Part shown: piece by piece, positions 1-8,193 of the stretch | How the letters are laid out: every line of letters begins with the position of its first letter | Position numbering within the stretch: position 1 is the first letter of the stretch | NCBI RefSeq assembly: GCF_020181635.2 | Contig: NZ_JAYJJS010000018.1 | Coordinates: 74,061-106,060 of the forward strand | DNA: 32,000 bases | Reading direction: 5' to 3' | From: [Mycobacterium] zoologicum | GTDB lineage: Bacteria > Actinomycetota > Actinomycetes > Mycobacteriales > Mycobacteriaceae | Notes under the pieces: generated by a model | Databases searched by the model: none | The model's input: the letters and a program-made list of their open reading frames with translations, nothing else | Told to the model about the DNA's origin: nothing | Translations under genes and position numbers: made by a program

Positions 1-1351
1 TGGCCGGGGCGAAGGCGATGTACCACGCGTGCGGCGGCGTGTGCCGCGGATCGGGACCGTGTTCGGCGGTACCGGTCTTCGACGCGATCTGTACGCCCGG
101 GATGGCCCCCTCCTGCTGGGTCACTCTTTCGGCGTCGATCATCAGTTCAGTCAGCTTAGCCGCGACCTGCGAGGACACCGCACGGCGCTGTTCGCGCGGC
201 TGGGTGGTCGCGATCCCGGCCAGATCCGGTCCTTCCAGCCCGTCGACCAGGTAGGGCGCCATGGTCAGGCCGCCGTTGGCGATGGTCGCGGCGATGACGG
301 CGTTCTTCAAAGGCGTGACCGCCACGTCCTTCTGGCCGATGCTGGTCATGCCCAGTGCCGCGGCGTCGCGGATCGGGCCGATCGTCGACTCGGCCGCCTG
401 CAGCGGGATCGGCTCGGGGGGCAGGTCCAGACCGAAGCCGGCGGCGGTGGAGCGCAGCGCGTCGGCCCCGGTGCGGATACCCAACTGGACGAAGGCGGTG
501 TTGCAGGACCGGGCGAAGGCCACCTTCAGCGGAACGGTCGCCTCGTGGCCGTCGCAGGTGTTGCCGCCGTAGTTCTCCAGCGTGACGCTGGAGTCGGGCA
601 GCCCGATGCGCGCGGCGTTGGTCAGGGTCTCGTTCTCGCTGATGCCGGCCTGCAACGCCGCCGCGGTGGTGATCACCTTGAACGTCGAGCCGGGCGGGTA
701 GGTCTCGTTGAGGGCGCGGTTGGTCAACGGCGATTCCGGGTTGTCCCGCAGCTGCTGCCAGGCCTTGCCCTGCGCGGCGGAATCGTGCGAGGACAACTCG
801 TTGGGGTCATAGGACGGTGCCGACACCATGGCCAAGACCTTGCCGGTGGACGGTTCCAGGGCCACCACCGCACCGCGGCAGCCGCCCGAGCAGCCGTTGC
901 GCATGGCCTCCCAGCCGGCCTGCTGTACCCGGGGGCGGATGGTGGTCTCCACGTTGCCGCCGCGGGGGCTGCGGCCGGTGAAGAAGTCGGCCAGCCGCAG
1001 CCCGAACAGCCGCGAGTCGGAGCCGTTGAGCACGCTGTCCTCGGCGCGCTCCAGGCCGCTGCTGGAGTAGCGCAGCGAGTAGAACCCGGTGATCGGGGCA
1101 TAGACGGCCGGGTCGGCGTAGATGCGCTGGTATTTGATCCGGTCGTCGGTGGCCACCGAGTAGGCCAGCAGTTGGCCCGCGGCGGTGATCTGTCCGCGCT
1201 GGCGGGAGTATTCGTCGAGCAGCACGCGCTGGTTGCGCGGGTCGGCGCGCAGGCCGTCGGCGGCGAACACCTGGGTCAGGGTGGCGTTGCCCAACAGCAG
1301 CACGATCAACGCCATCAGCGTCATCGCGACGCGGCGCAGGGAGGTATTCAT
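1..1351 (-). CDS. pbpA: Penicillin-binding protein A (class B transpeptidase); 3' end cut by the window edge
   Basis: Absent from the ORF track because it runs off the window. My reverse-complement translation from the ATG (rc of 1349-1351) reads MNTSLRRVAMTLMALIVLLLGN...PPGSTFKVITTAAAL...FARSCNTAF...ASKTGTAEH. That gives a membrane anchor plus the SxxK (STFK), SxN (SCN) and KTG motifs. The start overlaps the rodA stop (ATGA). Synteny matches Rv0016c-Rv0020c. Confidence 0.9.
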   Translation of the reverse strand, partial: MNTSLRRVAMTLMALIVLLLGNATLTQVFAADGLRADPRNQRVLLDEYSRQRGQITAAGQLLAYSVATDDRIKYQRIYADPAVYAPITGFYSLRYSSSGLERAEDSVLNGSDSRLFGLRLADFFTGRSPRGGNVETTIRPRVQQAGWEAMRNGCSGGCRGAVVALEPSTGKVLAMVSAPSYDPNELSSHDSAAQGKAWQQLRDNPESPLTNRALNETYPPGSTFKVITTAAALQAGISENETLTNAARIGLPDSSVTLENYGGNTCDGHEATVPLKVAFARSCNTAFVQLGIRTGADALRSTAAGFGLDLPPEPIPLQAAESTIGPIRDAAALGMTSIGQKDVAVTPLKNAVIAATIANGGLTMAPYLVDGLEGPDLAGIATTQPREQRRAVSSQVAAKLTELMIDAERVTQQEGAIPGVQIASKTGTAEHGPDPRHTPPHAWYIAFAPA

Positions 1352-2760
1352 ATGCGCTCGATCACCGCCGTGCCGGCATCGCCGATCGAGGTAGCGCGCT
1401 GCTGCGGCTGGGTGCTCAGCGGTCGGCGAGCGGCGTGCGAGACGCGCAGCACGATCGCCAGCAGCACGTAGTTGGCCAGCAGTGAGGACCCGCCGTAGGA
1501 CAGCCACGGGGTGGTCAGCCCGGTCAGCGGGATCAGTTTCGTGACGCCGCCGACCACGATGAACAACTGGATGCCCAGGGTGGCGGCCAGACCGGCGGCC
1601 AGCAGCTTGCCGAAGCTGTCGCGCACGGCGATCGCGGTGCGCATGCCCCGCACGATCACGATCGTGTACAGGATCAGCACCCCGGCCAGACCGACCAGGC
1701 CCAGCTCCTCGCCGAACGCGGCGATGATGAAGTCCGTCGACACCGCGGGCACGTAGCCGGGCTGTCCGTTGCCCAGGCCGGTGCCGAAGATGCCGCCGGT
1801 GGCGAAGCTGAACAGTGACTGCACCATCTGGTAGCCGATGCCCTCGGGGTCGGCGAACGGGTCCAGCCAGGTCTGCACCCGCACCCGGACGTGGCTGAAC
1901 ATGAAGTACGCCGCGGTGCTGCCGGCGGCGAACAGCAGCATGCCGATCACCATCCAGCTGAACCGGCGGGTGGCCAGGTACACCACCACCAGAAACGAGG
2001 TGTAGAGCAGCAGCGAGGTGCCGAGATCCTTCTCGAAGGCCATCACCGCCACCGCGATGACCCAGGCCGCGAGCAGCGGGACCAGGTCCCGCGGGCGGGG
2101 CAGGTTCATGCCGAGTACGTGCTTGCCGGCGCTGGTGAACACGCCACGCTTGGCCACCAGCACCGCGGCGAAGAAGATCAGCAACAGAATCTTGGAGAAC
2201 TCGGCGGGCTGAATCGAGAAGCCCGGCAGGCGAATCCAGATCTTGGCGCCCTGCTGTTCGGACATCGACGCGGGCAGCAGACCGGGGATCACCAGCAATA
2301 CCAGGCCCACCAGACCGCACAGGTAGCCGCTGCCGGCGAGCTGGCGGTGATCTTTGAGCAGTTCCAGGACCGCGGCGAACACCAGCACGCCGACCAGCGT
2401 CCACAGCATCTGGGCGCCCGCACCCGGGCGTGAGTCGGCGCCGTCTACTCCGACCCCGAGGTCGATGCGGTGGATCATCACCAGCCCGAGTCCGTTGAGC
2501 AGCGCGACCACCGGCAGCAGCAGCGGGTCGGCGTAGCGGGCGCAGCGCCGGATCACCAGGTGGGCGAAAGTGAACAGAACCAGAAACGCGGTCCCGTAGC
2601 CGACCAGGTCCCAGCGCAGGCCCTGCTCGTGTCCGGCCTCGACGATCGAGATCGCCACGGCGACGATCATGGTCGCGAAGCACAGCAGCAGCAGTTCGGC
2701 GTTGCGCCGATCCGGCAGCACCGGGATCAGCGACACCGGCGGCTGCGGTTCTGTGGTCAT
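1348..2760 (-). CDS. rodA: SEDS-family peptidoglycan glycosyltransferase RodA/FtsW
   Basis: 470 aa starting MTTEPQPPVSLIPVLPDRRNAELLLL, polytopic and hydrophobic throughout. The 747-aa track ORF (1348..3591) carries a spurious Arg/Pro-rich N-terminal extension that overlaps pstP. The real ATG (rc 2758-2760) overlaps the pstP stop (ATGA). Position is between pstP and pbpA. Confidence 0.88.
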   Translation of the reverse strand: MTTEPQPPVSLIPVLPDRRNAELLLLCFATMIVAVAISIVEAGHEQGLRWDLVGYGTAFLVLFTFAHLVIRRCARYADPLLLPVVALLNGLGLVMIHRIDLGVGVDGADSRPGAGAQMLWTLVGVLVFAAVLELLKDHRQLAGSGYLCGLVGLVLLVIPGLLPASMSEQQGAKIWIRLPGFSIQPAEFSKILLLIFFAAVLVAKRGVFTSAGKHVLGMNLPRPRDLVPLLAAWVIAVAVMAFEKDLGTSLLLYTSFLVVVYLATRRFSWMVIGMLLFAAGSTAAYFMFSHVRVRVQTWLDPFADPEGIGYQMVQSLFSFATGGIFGTGLGNGQPGYVPAVSTDFIIAAFGEELGLVGLAGVLILYTIVIVRGMRTAIAVRDSFGKLLAAGLAATLGIQLFIVVGGVTKLIPLTGLTTPWLSYGGSSLLANYVLLAIVLRVSHAARRPLSTQPQQRATSIGDAGTAVIERI

Positions 2761-4145
2761 GAGGCCGCCCGACAGTCGGTCCCCGGTTCTGGCGGGGCCG
2801 GCGGCAGGTTCGTCAGCGTGGGCAGGTGTGGTGTGGGCGCGGTGTCGCCGCCGGTCTTCGGCGTGGCCGGCTTGGCCGGGCACGGCGGCAGCAGTGAGTC
2901 GCGGGCCAGGTTGCGCAGTTGGGTGATCGCGTCGTCGAGGGTCCCGGCGGGCAGGCCGTTGCTGACCTGTTGGCGGGCGGGTGGGCGCAGATCCTGCAGG
3001 GTCATCAGCCGGCAGCCCAATTTGTCGCCGGACTGGCTGAAGCTGATCTGCACCAGCGCCCCGCGGCTGTCCAGACACCCCAGCAGGTAAGGCTCCTGCA
3101 GTGGCATACCCAGGACGGCCCCCTGCACGCCGCGCATGATCGCCACGGTGCCGCCGTAGGCCGTCACGTAGTAGTTGGTGCGGATGATCACCCGCCCGAT
3201 CAGCAGCCCGGCGAACAGCAACGCCACCAGCAGCGCCGCCACCGTGACCATCCGCCGCCGGGACCGGGGTGGCCGGTCCGGGGTCTCGATCTGCGGCAGC
3301 ACTCGCTTGACGACGGCTTTGCGCGGTGAGATCGCCGAGGCGCGGCCGGCGGCCGTGTTGAGGGAGACGACGTGCTCGTCGGCGTTGTCGGAGACCGCGC
3401 CGGCCAGGATCGGCTGGGTCTGGCCGTAGTCGACGTCGACGACGTCGGCGACCACCACCGTCACGTTGTCGGGGCCGCCGCCGCGCAGCGCCAACTCGAT
3501 CAGCCGCAGCGCGCAGTCGTTGACGTCGGGGATCTCCAGCGCCTCGTGGATGGTCTCGGTGCTCACCGGGTCGCTCAATCCGTCGGAGCACAGCAGGTAG
3601 CGGTCCCCGGCCTGCGCCTCACGCATGATCAGCGTCGGCTCCACCTCGTGGCCGGTCAGTGCCCGCATGATCAGCGAGCGCTGAGGATGGCTGTGGGCCT
3701 CCTCCAGGGTGATCCGGCCCTCATCGACCAGGGTCTGAACGAAGGTGTCGTCCTTGGTGATCTGGGTGAGCTCGCCGTCGCGCAGCAGGTAGCCGCGCGA
3801 GTCGCCGATGTGGGCCAGCCCGAGCCGCGGAGCGGCGAACAGGATGGTGGTCAGCGTGGTGCCCATGCCTTCGAGTTCCGGATGGTCCTCGACGTAGGCG
3901 GCGATAGCTGAGTTACCTTCTTGCACAGCCGATTCCAGCTTGGCCAGTAGGTCGCCGCCGGGCTCGTCGTCGTCCAGGTGGGCGAGCGCGGCGATCACCA
4001 GCTGCGACGCCACTTCACCGGCAGCGTGCCCGCCCATGCCGTCGGCCAGGGCCAGCAGCCGGGCCCCGGCGTAGACCGAGTCCTCATTGTTGGAGCGCAC
4101 CAGTCCGCGGTCGCTGCGGGCGGCGTAGCGCAGGACCAGGCTCAC
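2757..4145 (-). CDS. pstP: PP2C-family Ser/Thr phosphatase PstP with TM anchor and extracellular tail
   Basis: 462 aa. PP2C motifs are RSNNEDS, LADGMGGHAAGEVAS, LLCSDGL and GGGPDNVTVVV. A hydrophobic segment (VTVAALLVALLFAGLLIG) follows the catalytic domain. The gene has 4-nt overlaps with both fhaB and rodA. Confidence 0.92.
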   Translation of the reverse strand: MSLVLRYAARSDRGLVRSNNEDSVYAGARLLALADGMGGHAAGEVASQLVIAALAHLDDDEPGGDLLAKLESAVQEGNSAIAAYVEDHPELEGMGTTLTTILFAAPRLGLAHIGDSRGYLLRDGELTQITKDDTFVQTLVDEGRITLEEAHSHPQRSLIMRALTGHEVEPTLIMREAQAGDRYLLCSDGLSDPVSTETIHEALEIPDVNDCALRLIELALRGGGPDNVTVVVADVVDVDYGQTQPILAGAVSDNADEHVVSLNTAAGRASAISPRKAVVKRVLPQIETPDRPPRSRRRMVTVAALLVALLFAGLLIGRVIIRTNYYVTAYGGTVAIMRGVQGAVLGMPLQEPYLLGCLDSRGALVQISFSQSGDKLGCRLMTLQDLRPPARQQVSNGLPAGTLDDAITQLRNLARDSLLPPCPAKPATPKTGGDTAPTPHLPTLTNLPPAPPEPGTDCRAAS

Positions 4146-4609
4146 CGGCGGAGCTCGATCGCGGTCTTGCCGATTCGAATCGGCGTTCCGACGGGAACTC
4201 GGACGGCAGTAGTCACCTTCACCCTGTCAAGGTAGGTGCCGTTGGTCGATCCGAGGTCTTCGACATACCATTCCGTTCCCCGTTGGGACAGTCGCGCGTG
4301 CCGGGTGGAGGCGTAGTCGTCGGTGAGCACCAGGGTGGAGTCGTCGGCGCGCCCGACCAGAACAGGCTGGTCGCTCAGCGCGATCCGGGCCCCGGTGAGC
4401 GGCCCCTCGGTGACCACCAGGTGGCGCGCGGTGCTGCGCTGCTCGCGCGACGGCAGCAGAACACCGCGGATCGACAGGCCGCGGCGAACCATCACCGCGC
4501 CGGTCGGGGCGTAGATGTCGGTGCGCAGGATGCGCAGCACCGACCAGATGAACAGCCACAGCAACGTCAAAAAACCGGCGCGCGTCAGCTGCAGCACGAG
4601 TCCCTGCAT
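4142..4609 (-). CDS. fhaB: FHA-domain membrane protein FhaB/FipA
   Basis: I place the start at MQGLVLQLTRAGFLTLLWLFIW, giving 155 aa, the same length as Rv0019c. The track ORF begins 17 codons further upstream. It has an N-terminal TM helix and a C-terminal FHA domain (GRADDSTLVLTDDYASTRHARL...STNGTYLD). Confidence 0.85.
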   Translation of the reverse strand: MQGLVLQLTRAGFLTLLWLFIWSVLRILRTDIYAPTGAVMVRRGLSIRGVLLPSREQRSTARHLVVTEGPLTGARIALSDQPVLVGRADDSTLVLTDDYASTRHARLSQRGTEWYVEDLGSTNGTYLDRVKVTTAVRVPVGTPIRIGKTAIELRR

Positions 4610-4772
4610 CCGGCGTCCTCTCCGTCTTCGCGCCGACCATGTGGTGCTCACGCGGAGCACTTCGGCAAAGTCACGATACTTGGACGCGGCTGACCGTAGG
4701 GAAAAGCGGGAGGGCCCCGCATGCTCTGGGCCTTCTTCCGGCTTATCCGGGCCGCGTGACGTGTGCCGGAAG

Positions 4773-6227
4773 CTAGTGGACCCGGACGATGATCTCGGAG
4801 TGACCCAGGCGGATCACGTCGCCGTCGGCCAGCTGCCACTCCTGCACCGGGGCGTTGTTCACCGTGGTGCCGTTGGTGGAGTTCAGATCGGACAGCAGCG
4901 CCACCCGGCCGTCCCAGCGGATCTCCAGGTGCCGGCGCGAGACCCCGGTGTCGGGCAGCCGGAACTGAGCGTCCTGGCCGCGGCCGACCACGTTGGCGCC
5001 TTCGTGCAGCTGGTAGGTGCGGCCGCTGCCGTCGTCGAGCTGCAGGGTGACCGACGCCGGAGCCGAGTAGGCGCGCTGCCCGTAGTCCTGGCCGTAGCCG
5101 CCCTGGGGTTCGCCGTAGCCGCCGGGGGCGGGCTGCCCGTAGTCCTGGCCGTAGCCGCCCTGGGGTTCGCCGTAGCCACTGGGGGCCTGTTGGCCGTAGT
5201 CCTGGCCGTAGTCGTAGCCGGGCGCGGCGGCCGGGGCCTGCTGGCCGTAGTCATAGCCGGGCTGGCCTGCGGGCTGGGAGTAGTCCTGCCGGCCGTAGGA
5301 CGGGGCGCCCTGGTCGGGGTAGGACTGCCGCTGCTCGTCGGGGTAGGAGTAGTCGTTGCCGTAGCCGGGCTGACTGCCGGGGTACCCCTGCTGCTGCTGC
5401 GGGTAGCCCTGGGGCGCCTGGGGAGCTGCCTGGGGTGCGCCGTAGCCGCCCCGGTCCGGGTAGGAGGGGCGCGGGTCATAGCCCTGAGGAGCGCCCTGAG
5501 GCGGGCCCTGGGGTGCGCCGTAGCCGCCCTGGCCGCCGTGGCCGCTGGGGTAGCCCTGGTCGTAGCCGCCCTGGTCGTAGCCGCCCTGACGCGGCGGGGC
5601 GTACCCGCCCTGACCACCCGGAGCCTGCTGGTAGGGGTCGGGCTCGGGGGCGTAGTGGCCGCCTCGGGCGTCGTCGCCCGGCCGGCCGTAGCGCGGGTCG
5701 TAATAGTCGTCGCCCGGACGGTCCTGACCGTGGGCGCCGCGGTAGCTCGGGTTATCGGTCATCGGTGACACTCCTGATTCTGCGACAGACGCATGCTCTG
5801 ATAGGGGCGGGCGGGGTTCATTGACCGTCTGGCTGGGGCGGGCATCCGGATTGACAGCGCCTCGGGTGCGCACCTGACCGGTACGCAGACTCGGCGACTG
5901 CTCGAACCGGACAACCACATCACCATACGTTTGCCACCCCTGTTCGCCGATGTGTCCGGCCAAATGCCGGGCGAAGGCCTTCGACGTCAGTTCCTGGTCG
6001 GCGCCCACATTGTCGTAGTCGTCCACACCGAGGGTAATGACGTATTCGTTGGGTGCCAAAAGCTGATTGCCGGCCAACGCGCGGACTCCGGCGGCGGCTT
6101 CACGGCGCAGCGCAGCCTCGATGTCCTCGGGGACCACTTCCCCTCCGAACACCTTGGCCATCGCATCCTCCACGGCGGATTCGAGCTTGCGCTCGATGCG
6201 CTGAACCAGCCCATGCTGGCTGTCCAT
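4773..6227 (-). CDS. fhaA: FHA-domain protein FhaA with long Gly/Tyr/Gln/Pro-rich linker
   Basis: 484 aa. The conserved N-terminal domain reads MDSQHGLVQRIERKLESAVEDAMAKVFGGEVVPEDIEAAL. A low-complexity GYxQ/P linker of about 230 aa follows. The C-terminal FHA domain reads VVGRGQDAQFRLPDTGVSRRHLEIRWDG...STNGTTVN. It occupies the position of Rv0020c. Confidence 0.92.
   Translation of the reverse strand: MDSQHGLVQRIERKLESAVEDAMAKVFGGEVVPEDIEAALRREAAAGVRALAGNQLLAPNEYVITLGVDDYDNVGADQELTSKAFARHLAGHIGEQGWQTYGDVVVRFEQSPSLRTGQVRTRGAVNPDARPSQTVNEPRPPLSEHASVAESGVSPMTDNPSYRGAHGQDRPGDDYYDPRYGRPGDDARGGHYAPEPDPYQQAPGGQGGYAPPRQGGYDQGGYDQGYPSGHGGQGGYGAPQGPPQGAPQGYDPRPSYPDRGGYGAPQAAPQAPQGYPQQQQGYPGSQPGYGNDYSYPDEQRQSYPDQGAPSYGRQDYSQPAGQPGYDYGQQAPAAAPGYDYGQDYGQQAPSGYGEPQGGYGQDYGQPAPGGYGEPQGGYGQDYGQRAYSAPASVTLQLDDGSGRTYQLHEGANVVGRGQDAQFRLPDTGVSRRHLEIRWDGRVALLSDLNSTNGTTVNNAPVQEWQLADGDVIRLGHSEIIVRVH
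5076..5177. repeat. Tandem 57-bp (19-codon) direct repeat inside the fhaA linker
   Basis: The 45-nt string ctgcccgtagtcctggccgtagccgccctggggttcgccgtagcc occurs at 5076-5120 and again at 5133-5177. It encodes repeated GYGEPQGGYGQDYGQ units. Confidence 0.85.
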
Positions 6228-6486
6228 CTGCAGTTCGCCTCACTTGCCGTCATCGACTCACCCGGTCAGGGGACGCCGCCGCGGCGTGTCGCCCGGCTGC
6301 ATCCGCCCTGCACATGGTATCGACCCGGTAAGCCAGGGCGGCACCCTAAAACGGCGGAGAATCGGATAAGACCAGGTCACGAAGGGGTCACGGTGAGCGG
6401 TACGTGGCCAGCACCACGGTGGGTGGTCGTGCTCCAACCGCTGGGAAGGGGACCCGCGCGGCCGTGATAGGCTCCCCCGGTCGCTC

Positions 6487-6569
6487 GGGCGAGTGGCGGA
6501 ATGGCAGACGCGCTGGCTTCAGGTGCCAGTGTCCTTCGGGACGTGGGGGTTCAAGTCCCCCTTCGCCCA
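6487..6569 (+). tRNA. leuT: tRNA-Leu (anticodon CAG), class II tRNA with long variable arm
   Basis: Folded by hand. Acceptor stem gggcgag pairs with ttcgccc, discriminator is a. Anticodon stem ctggc/gccag encloses loop ttCAGgt. T arm is ggggg-ttcaagt-ccccc. CCA is not encoded. Same position as leuT downstream of fhaA in M. tuberculosis. Confidence 0.9.
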
Positions 6570-6576
6570 CAATGTG

Positions 6577-6620
6577 ATGAGTCGGGTCATGGGTTACACA
6601 TGAGTCGCGTCATCGGTTAC
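6577..6620. repeat. Imperfect tandem direct repeat (two 21-nt units, 23-bp period) just 3' of the tRNA
   Basis: atgagtcgggtcatgggttac (6577-6597) and atgagtcgcgtcatcggttac (6600-6620) match at 19 of 21 positions. The second unit overlaps the stop codon of the 95-aa ORF. Confidence 0.7.
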
Positions 6621-6904
6621 GGATTGCCTCGGCTTTTGCCGGGGGTTTTCTGTTTGTTGGGCCAGTAGTTGTGGTCGGGGTCGATGTGGTGGTTGGCGAC
6701 CTGCCCGCCGTGGCGGCCCACGACGACGCCCGACTGATCGGCCAGCCACGCTTGCAGGTCGGACTGGGCGGCGTGCTGATCGGCCTGAAGCTGCCGGCCC
6801 TGTGGTGACCGCCAGAACTCGTCCATGTGGTCGAAAAGCTCCTGTAGCGTCTCTGCTGGTCGCCACCGCCGGTCCTCGGGCGCGTTCTCCATGTCGTCGG
6901 GCAT
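6617..6904 (-). CDS. Hypothetical 95-aa protein, co-oriented with and 7 nt downstream of the GNAT toxin gene
   Basis: ORF MPDDMENAPEDRRWRPAETLQELFDHMDEFWRSPQGRQLQ... has mostly G/C-ending codons, typical of this genome. I recognise no family. No obvious Shine-Dalgarno sequence. Confidence 0.5.
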   Translation of the reverse strand: MPDDMENAPEDRRWRPAETLQELFDHMDEFWRSPQGRQLQADQHAAQSDLQAWLADQSGVVVGRHGGQVANHHIDPDHNYWPNKQKTPGKSRGNP

Positions 6905-6911
6905 CAGCCAG

Positions 6912-7421
6912 TCACTTCGGCGGCGGGTCGAGCAGGGCGCGGGCGTCTTTGATCAGCAGCAGCAGGTGCAGCGGGTCGGTCGGGGAGGGCTCGAAATCGA
7001 AGTGCGCGTAGAACGCGCGCGCCTGCTCGTGCAGCGCGTGAACCAGCAGTGCCCGCACCCCGATGATCTCCGCGGCGGCCACCGCGCGGGTGATCGCGTC
7101 GCGCAGTAGTGCAGCGCCCAGCCCCTGGCCTTGTTCCTTGCGGTCGATCGCCAGCCGTGACAGCAGGATCACGGGAACCGGGTCGGGCATATTGCGCCGT
7201 ACCCGCCCTGGAGTTCCGGCGCGCTCCACCACCGCTGAGGCCAACGCGTAGAACCCGACGACGCGGCCGCCCCGGCACGTCACGAAGCACCGGGAGGCAC
7301 CCTCGACGTGGTTGGCCAGTGCGCGTCCCCGCAGGTACTCATCCAGGGTTGGTTCGCCGCTGTCGAAGTCGGCGACCACATCGTGTTCGCTGATCGGCCG
7401 GGGCGCGCTGTAGTTGCTCAC
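6912..7421 (-). CDS. GNAT acetyltransferase toxin of a DUF1778/GNAT (TacT/AtaT/KacT-like) type II TA system
   Basis: 169 aa. The acetyl-CoA pocket motif is RKEQGQGLGAALL within LSRLAIDRKEQGQGLG. Size fits the family. The gene has a 4-nt overlap with an upstream DUF1778-type antitoxin gene. Confidence 0.8.
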   Translation of the reverse strand: MSNYSAPRPISEHDVVADFDSGEPTLDEYLRGRALANHVEGASRCFVTCRGGRVVGFYALASAVVERAGTPGRVRRNMPDPVPVILLSRLAIDRKEQGQGLGAALLRDAITRAVAAAEIIGVRALLVHALHEQARAFYAHFDFEPSPTDPLHLLLLIKDARALLDPPPK

Positions 7422-7687
7422 TCGTCGAAGATCGAGGACTCCGCGAACAACTTCTCCAGCCGCGGCTTCTGCGACACCGGGCGGTCCAGCACCGCCACGA
7501 ACTCCGACCAGGCCGACGCATCAAGCATGAACAGCCGCCGATCGGCGAGCACCGCGCGGGCATGAGCCAGCGTCGCAGTCACCGCGAAGTTGGTCAGATC
7601 GGTCCCCTCCACTTCGGCGGCACGACGAATCAGCGCGTCCTGCTCAGCAGTCAGGCGCACCGCGAACCGCTCCGTCTTCGTAGCCAT
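7418..7687 (-). CDS. DUF1778 (TacA-like, RHH) antitoxin
   Basis: MATKTERFAVRLTAEQDALIRRAAEVEGTDLTNFAVTATLAHARAVLADRRLFMLDASAWSEFVAVL is the typical DUF1778 layout. The start is ambiguous: ATG at 7687, 7696 or 7738. I prefer 7687 or 7696. Confidence 0.78.
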   Translation of the reverse strand: MATKTERFAVRLTAEQDALIRRAAEVEGTDLTNFAVTATLAHARAVLADRRLFMLDASAWSEFVAVLDRPVSQKPRLEKLFAESSIFDE

Positions 7688-7693
7688 GCCGTC

Positions 7694-7720
7694 CATTGTG
7701 TGCCTATCAGGCACACAATG
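7694..7720. promoter_or_regulatory. Perfect 12-bp-arm palindrome, candidate TA autoregulatory operator
   Basis: cattgtgtgcct-atc-aggcacacaatg lies directly at or upstream of the antitoxin start codon. RHH antitoxins typically bind palindromes in their own promoter. Confidence 0.6.
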
Positions 7721-8193
7721 CAACAGGGTTTTGATCATGCCCCTGACCAGGCTCGATGCACTTCATACCTGTTAAAACACGCTCTGACTCACGGAAAGGG
7801 TTACCGGGGCCAGTCGGGTCGCGGGGCGTGGGCCGTCACGAACACCTCGGCATCCTGACCGGACAGGTGCAGTTGACGGTGGAGCTGGCGGTCGTAGTCG
7901 GGGTGATCTGGCCACGCTTGCCGGCGTGGAAGAGGTCGTCGGTCACCGTGACCCTGGGCGGCGGCATGCTGGCTGACCCCGCGGCGTGCGCCGCGAGCGG
8001 TTTGAGGCGCCAGCAAGGTCGATGGGCGGACTGGCGGTGGGCGCGGCCCGGTCAACACCTTTGGGGTGCGGTGCCGAGGCGCTCCTCGTCTGTTCGCCGC
8101 GCGTAGCTGTCACTGTTACAGGCGAGACTGGCACGAATGACGGCCACCGAACCGCACTGGCGGCACATCTGCGAAGTGTGCGGGGTCGAGGAG

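Noticed and set aside
29-1471. 480-aa plus-strand ORF covering the left edge
   Set aside because: It is antisense to pbpA. The pbpA minus-strand translation carries the SxxK, SxN and KTG motifs. The plus-frame product is Arg/Gly/Ala-rich nonsense typical of high-GC shadow ORFs.
2761-3591. N-terminal extension of the 747-aa ORF (1348..3591) upstream of rodA
   Set aside because: The extension is Arg/Pro/Gly-rich and overlaps the well-supported pstP gene in another frame. The real rodA starts at MTTEPQPP (2760) with an ATGA overlap.
4515-5768. 417-aa plus-strand ORF and 244-aa minus-strand alternate-frame ORF within fhaA
   Set aside because: These are shadow frames of the repetitive GC-rich FhaA linker. 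The FhaA frame has conserved N-terminal and FHA domains.
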